Source: Psilocybe cubensis
Taxonomy: Eukaryota
Assembly (NCBI GenBank): GCA_017499595.2
Contig: CM039002.1
Coordinates: 2,790,001-2,854,000, forward strand
Direction of reading: 5' to 3'
Length of the DNA: 64,000 nucleotides
The translations under genes and the position numbers were made by a program. The first letter of the stretch is position 1; every line of letters starts with the position of its first letter. Positions 61,071 through 64,000 of this stretch are shown here, piece by piece. The notes under the pieces were generated by a model. It was given only the letters and a program-made list of their open reading frames with translations. It was not told where the DNA came from and did not search any database.

Positions 61071-62548
61071 ATGGTTCAATTGACCATCTCTGCTGCCTCT
61101 AAGCCTCCAGCTTTGGCTAGAGGCCTACCTCTCACAATTGACGTCGCCCCTGAAGCCACTGTTCTGGACGTGAAACGCGCGATTGTGGCCAAATATCCAA
61201 AGGTGTGTACCTTTTACGAATGACAACATTTTCGCGTCGAAATAGTGCTGGATACCTGCGCAACTGGTGGATGGAATGCCTACCTGACGCGGAATGGATG
61301 CGGCCAATACCGGGTGCAAACACGATGGTCTGGAGGGAGCGTACGCTAACGCAATTTTCTATGAAACTAGTTCACCCCTTCGCGCCAACGTATCACCGTC
61401 AAAGGTGATAGGAAAGGCCTTTTTGACGAGATCAAGCTTGCGGATGTTCTTTCTGGTAAAGATGGATGGGAGGTGGAGCTGAAGGATCTTGGGGCCCAGA
61501 TTAGCTGGCAGACGGTATTCCTTGTCGAATACGTGAGTAACGTTTCAAATCCTTTCAACTCAAGCTAAGATGCCACTTACAGCTCGGCCCGATGCTGATT
61601 CACCCTGTGTTCTACCATTTCCCTCGATTGTGGTATGGTGTTGACGTGGAGCATAGTGCTCTTCAAAGGTTTGTATTTCTCAGCCTGTTGGTGTCACATT
61701 CAAATTCACAATACTCCCTTTAGATATATCTATGCATTTGTCATGCTTCATTTCGCTAAAAGAGAGCTTGAGACCCTCTAGTGAGCTTTTAAGACCTTCG
61801 CAAGATTTCTAATCTAACCGAGGATGCAGTGTTCATCGTTTCTCAAATGATACTATGCCTTGGTTTAACATTTTCAAAAAGTAAGCTTTTCGAAACAGTT
61901 CCACATTAATTCCACTAACGTTTCCATGACAGTTCGACACATTACTGGATCCTGAGCGGTGTGTAAATTCTTCTCTGCGATTGATATCTTGCTAATTTTG
62001 ATTCAGGTGTCATTTTTGCCGCTGATATCTACCGACCCGCCTTCTCGGCCACCTCTCCCTACATTGTCAACACAATCAGGGATAATGAGCATTTCCTCTG
62101 GATCGGCGCTGGACTATGGGCTGTAAGTTATATCCGCTACCCAATATCCTATGTCGAATTTTCTAACAATTTGCTCTAGTTTGCTGAACTGTCCAATCTC
62201 CATACTCACTTGACCGTCAGCGCTTTGCGCCCACCTGGCACCCGCAAGAGGGGCATTCCTTACGGCTACGGATTTAACCTCGTCTCCTTCCCCAACTATT
62301 TCTTCGAAACTCTCGGATGGGTTGTTATCACCGGAATGTCCGGAAGTATCGGCGGTTAGTTGCCTTTTCGCATCTTCAAAAAATTATAACTTTGGACTGA
62401 CGTCGTATACTTTATAGTGGCTTTCTTCACTGTTGTATCGTTCTACACCATGGCCATCTGGGCTATCAAAAAGCACAAAAACTACAAGAAAGAATTCGGT
62501 AAAGAATACCCCAGGAACCGAAAGGCTATTATTCCTTTCATTCTGTAG
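61071..62548 (+). CDS. TSC13: Very-long-chain enoyl-CoA reductase, multi-exon
   Basis: Ubiquitin-like N-terminus, KDLGAQISWQTVFLVEY, HFAKRELET, VHRFSNDTMP, FAELSNLHTH, GYGFNLVSFPNYFFE, WAIKKHKNYKKEFGKEYPRNRKAIIPFIL*. Confidence 0.92.
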
Positions 62549-62738
62549 AGTAGCACTAATAACTACTTCGGTCGTTTCCAGTAAAATGATTTACATGTAA
62601 TATAAATCATTTGATGGAACACTCATTACTTGATTACATATAATTGAACGGGTTAGAATGTCCTTTGTATCGATTATAAAACAAAGGTTTGAAACCTGGT
62701 TTTAGCATTGAAAAACAATCAAATGGCAAAAACTAAGT

Positions 62739-62842
62739 AGCCCACCGCGAGGGTCGAACTCGCAGCCTTCAGATGCCTTGATCGCCTAACGAGTCAGACG
62801 CCCGTAAAAGTCTGACGCTCTATCCGATTGAGCTAGGCGGGC
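62739..62842 (-). tRNA. tRNA-Lys(TTT) with canonical intron
   Basis: Reverse complement gives GCCCGCCTAGCTCAATCGGATAGAGCGTCAGACT-TTT-A, an intron, then ATCTGAAGGCTGCGAGTTCGACCCTCGCGGTGGGCT. Confidence 0.92.
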
Positions 62843-62938
62843 ATGTTTGTGAATGAATTTGTGCTTATATAACAAATGTTCTAAGCTACAGCGCTTGACG
62901 CGGCGGTTGTCAGCTCGCCTGCGAACTTACTCTCCGCC

Positions 62939-64000
62939 ATGTCGTCCGTCCTTGGTTTACGACTGCTACGGCCCAGCTGTGCTGTCAATCGCCTGCAATG
63001 TCGTCTCAAATATCGAAATATGTCCCGAACGCACGGTTCCATTCTAACTCACGATCCAATCAAACTGGAGTGCACCGAGTTCATACCCAGCGACGGAAAT
63101 GCTACCCAAGGACCTTTGATCATCCTACACGGGCTTTTGTGAGGAACGGCGTCTAGAAGTACGGAGTATGAGGCTGATATGTGTGTTGAAGTGGGTCAAA
63201 GAGGAACTGGGTATCCATGTGTAAGGCATTCCACTCACAAATGCCGACGCACCCAATATACGCGCTCGATCTTCGCAATCATGGAACATCACCACATGCC
63301 ACTCCAATGACATATGAAGCTATGGCTGGCGATGTGCATGCGTTCATTCAAGAGCGAGGAATGAAGGACGTTTCATTACTTGGACATTCTATGTGAGTTT
63401 TTCTGATATTGAGAAAGATCCCTCTAACGCATATGTAGGGGCGGAAAAGTCGCCATGTCTTATGCTCTTTCCCTTGAAAAGTGGAATGTGTCACCAGGAA
63501 CGCTAGGAAAACTTATCATCGCGGATATTGCCCCGTCAATAGGCAACCTTTCTCCAGAATTCATTCGTTACATCGGTGCAATGCAGAAGATTGAAGCGCT
63601 TCCTTTTGGCAAGATCAAAACACGAACGGATGCCGATCACATACTTCAAGCATACGAATCAGTTCGTCTATATTATAGTCATAATTAATTTAAAAACTGA
63701 TTGTTATTATTCAGGACGTGTCTGTTCGTCAATTCCTACTCACAAATCTTCGACTGCCACATGCACATGAGCCGTCGAAAGCCAAATTCATTGTCCCTTT
63801 GTCCATACTTTCAAAATCTATGGAAGCCTTGGGTTCATTTCCTTACGAATTTAATGCGGCAGATAACATAGTCCCGGTAACCTTTGATGGCCCAACGCTT
63901 GCTATCAAGGGCACCAAGAGCCCGTGCGTTAAGTTTTCGGTTATGTTGATTGATGCTAAAGAGCATTTAACAGGTATATAAACCATAAAAATATTCCGGC
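62939..64000 (+). CDS. ABHD11/IMO32-like mitochondrial alpha/beta hydrolase, truncated at the window end
   Basis: Mitochondrial-type presequence; IILHGLL/GSKRNW, YALDLRNHGTSPH, LGHSM/GGKVAM, LIIADIAP, VRQFLLTNL. Confidence 0.88.

Noticed and set aside
61204-61370. Possible intronic snoRNA in the unusually long first TSC13 intron
   Set aside because: Only a weak box C-like sequence and a CTGA are visible, with no convincing terminal stem or guide; not supportable without a covariance search.

Overview
Intron-rich fungal genomic DNA, most consistent with a mushroom-forming basidiomycete (Agaricomycete-type ~50-60 nt GT-AG introns, mushroom-type gene families). The dominant feature is an apparently intact giant Helitron-like rolling-circle element of about 23.5 kb (about 6095-29625; its left end lies next to a 100-N assembly gap). 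It encodes a ~2,800-aa Rep(HUH)-Pif1 helicase protein with a C-terminal USP-like cysteine protease domain, a spliced hydrophobic leader and an LQGGGGG junction. It also carries intron-containing cargo: two divergent genes with OB-fold/SSB-like features, an Spt5-like (NGN+KOW) gene, a Pth11-like membrane protein gene, a zinc-finger gene and further hypothetical genes. It ends in a GC-rich hairpin followed 12 nt later by CAAG|T. The flanking host DNA contains an AT-hook protein, cyanase, SDH7/ACN9, two tandem GH17 genes, a SnoaL-like gene, two paralogous C2H2 zinc-finger genes, homogentisate dioxygenase, a transketolase-like gene, an arsenite methyltransferase fused in frame to an Acr2/Cdc25-type rhodanese domain, a carboxylesterase, TSC13, an ABHD11-like hydrolase (truncated by the window) and three intron-containing tRNA-Lys genes. 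Exon boundaries were inferred by eye and domain calls come from motif recognition; no searches were run.
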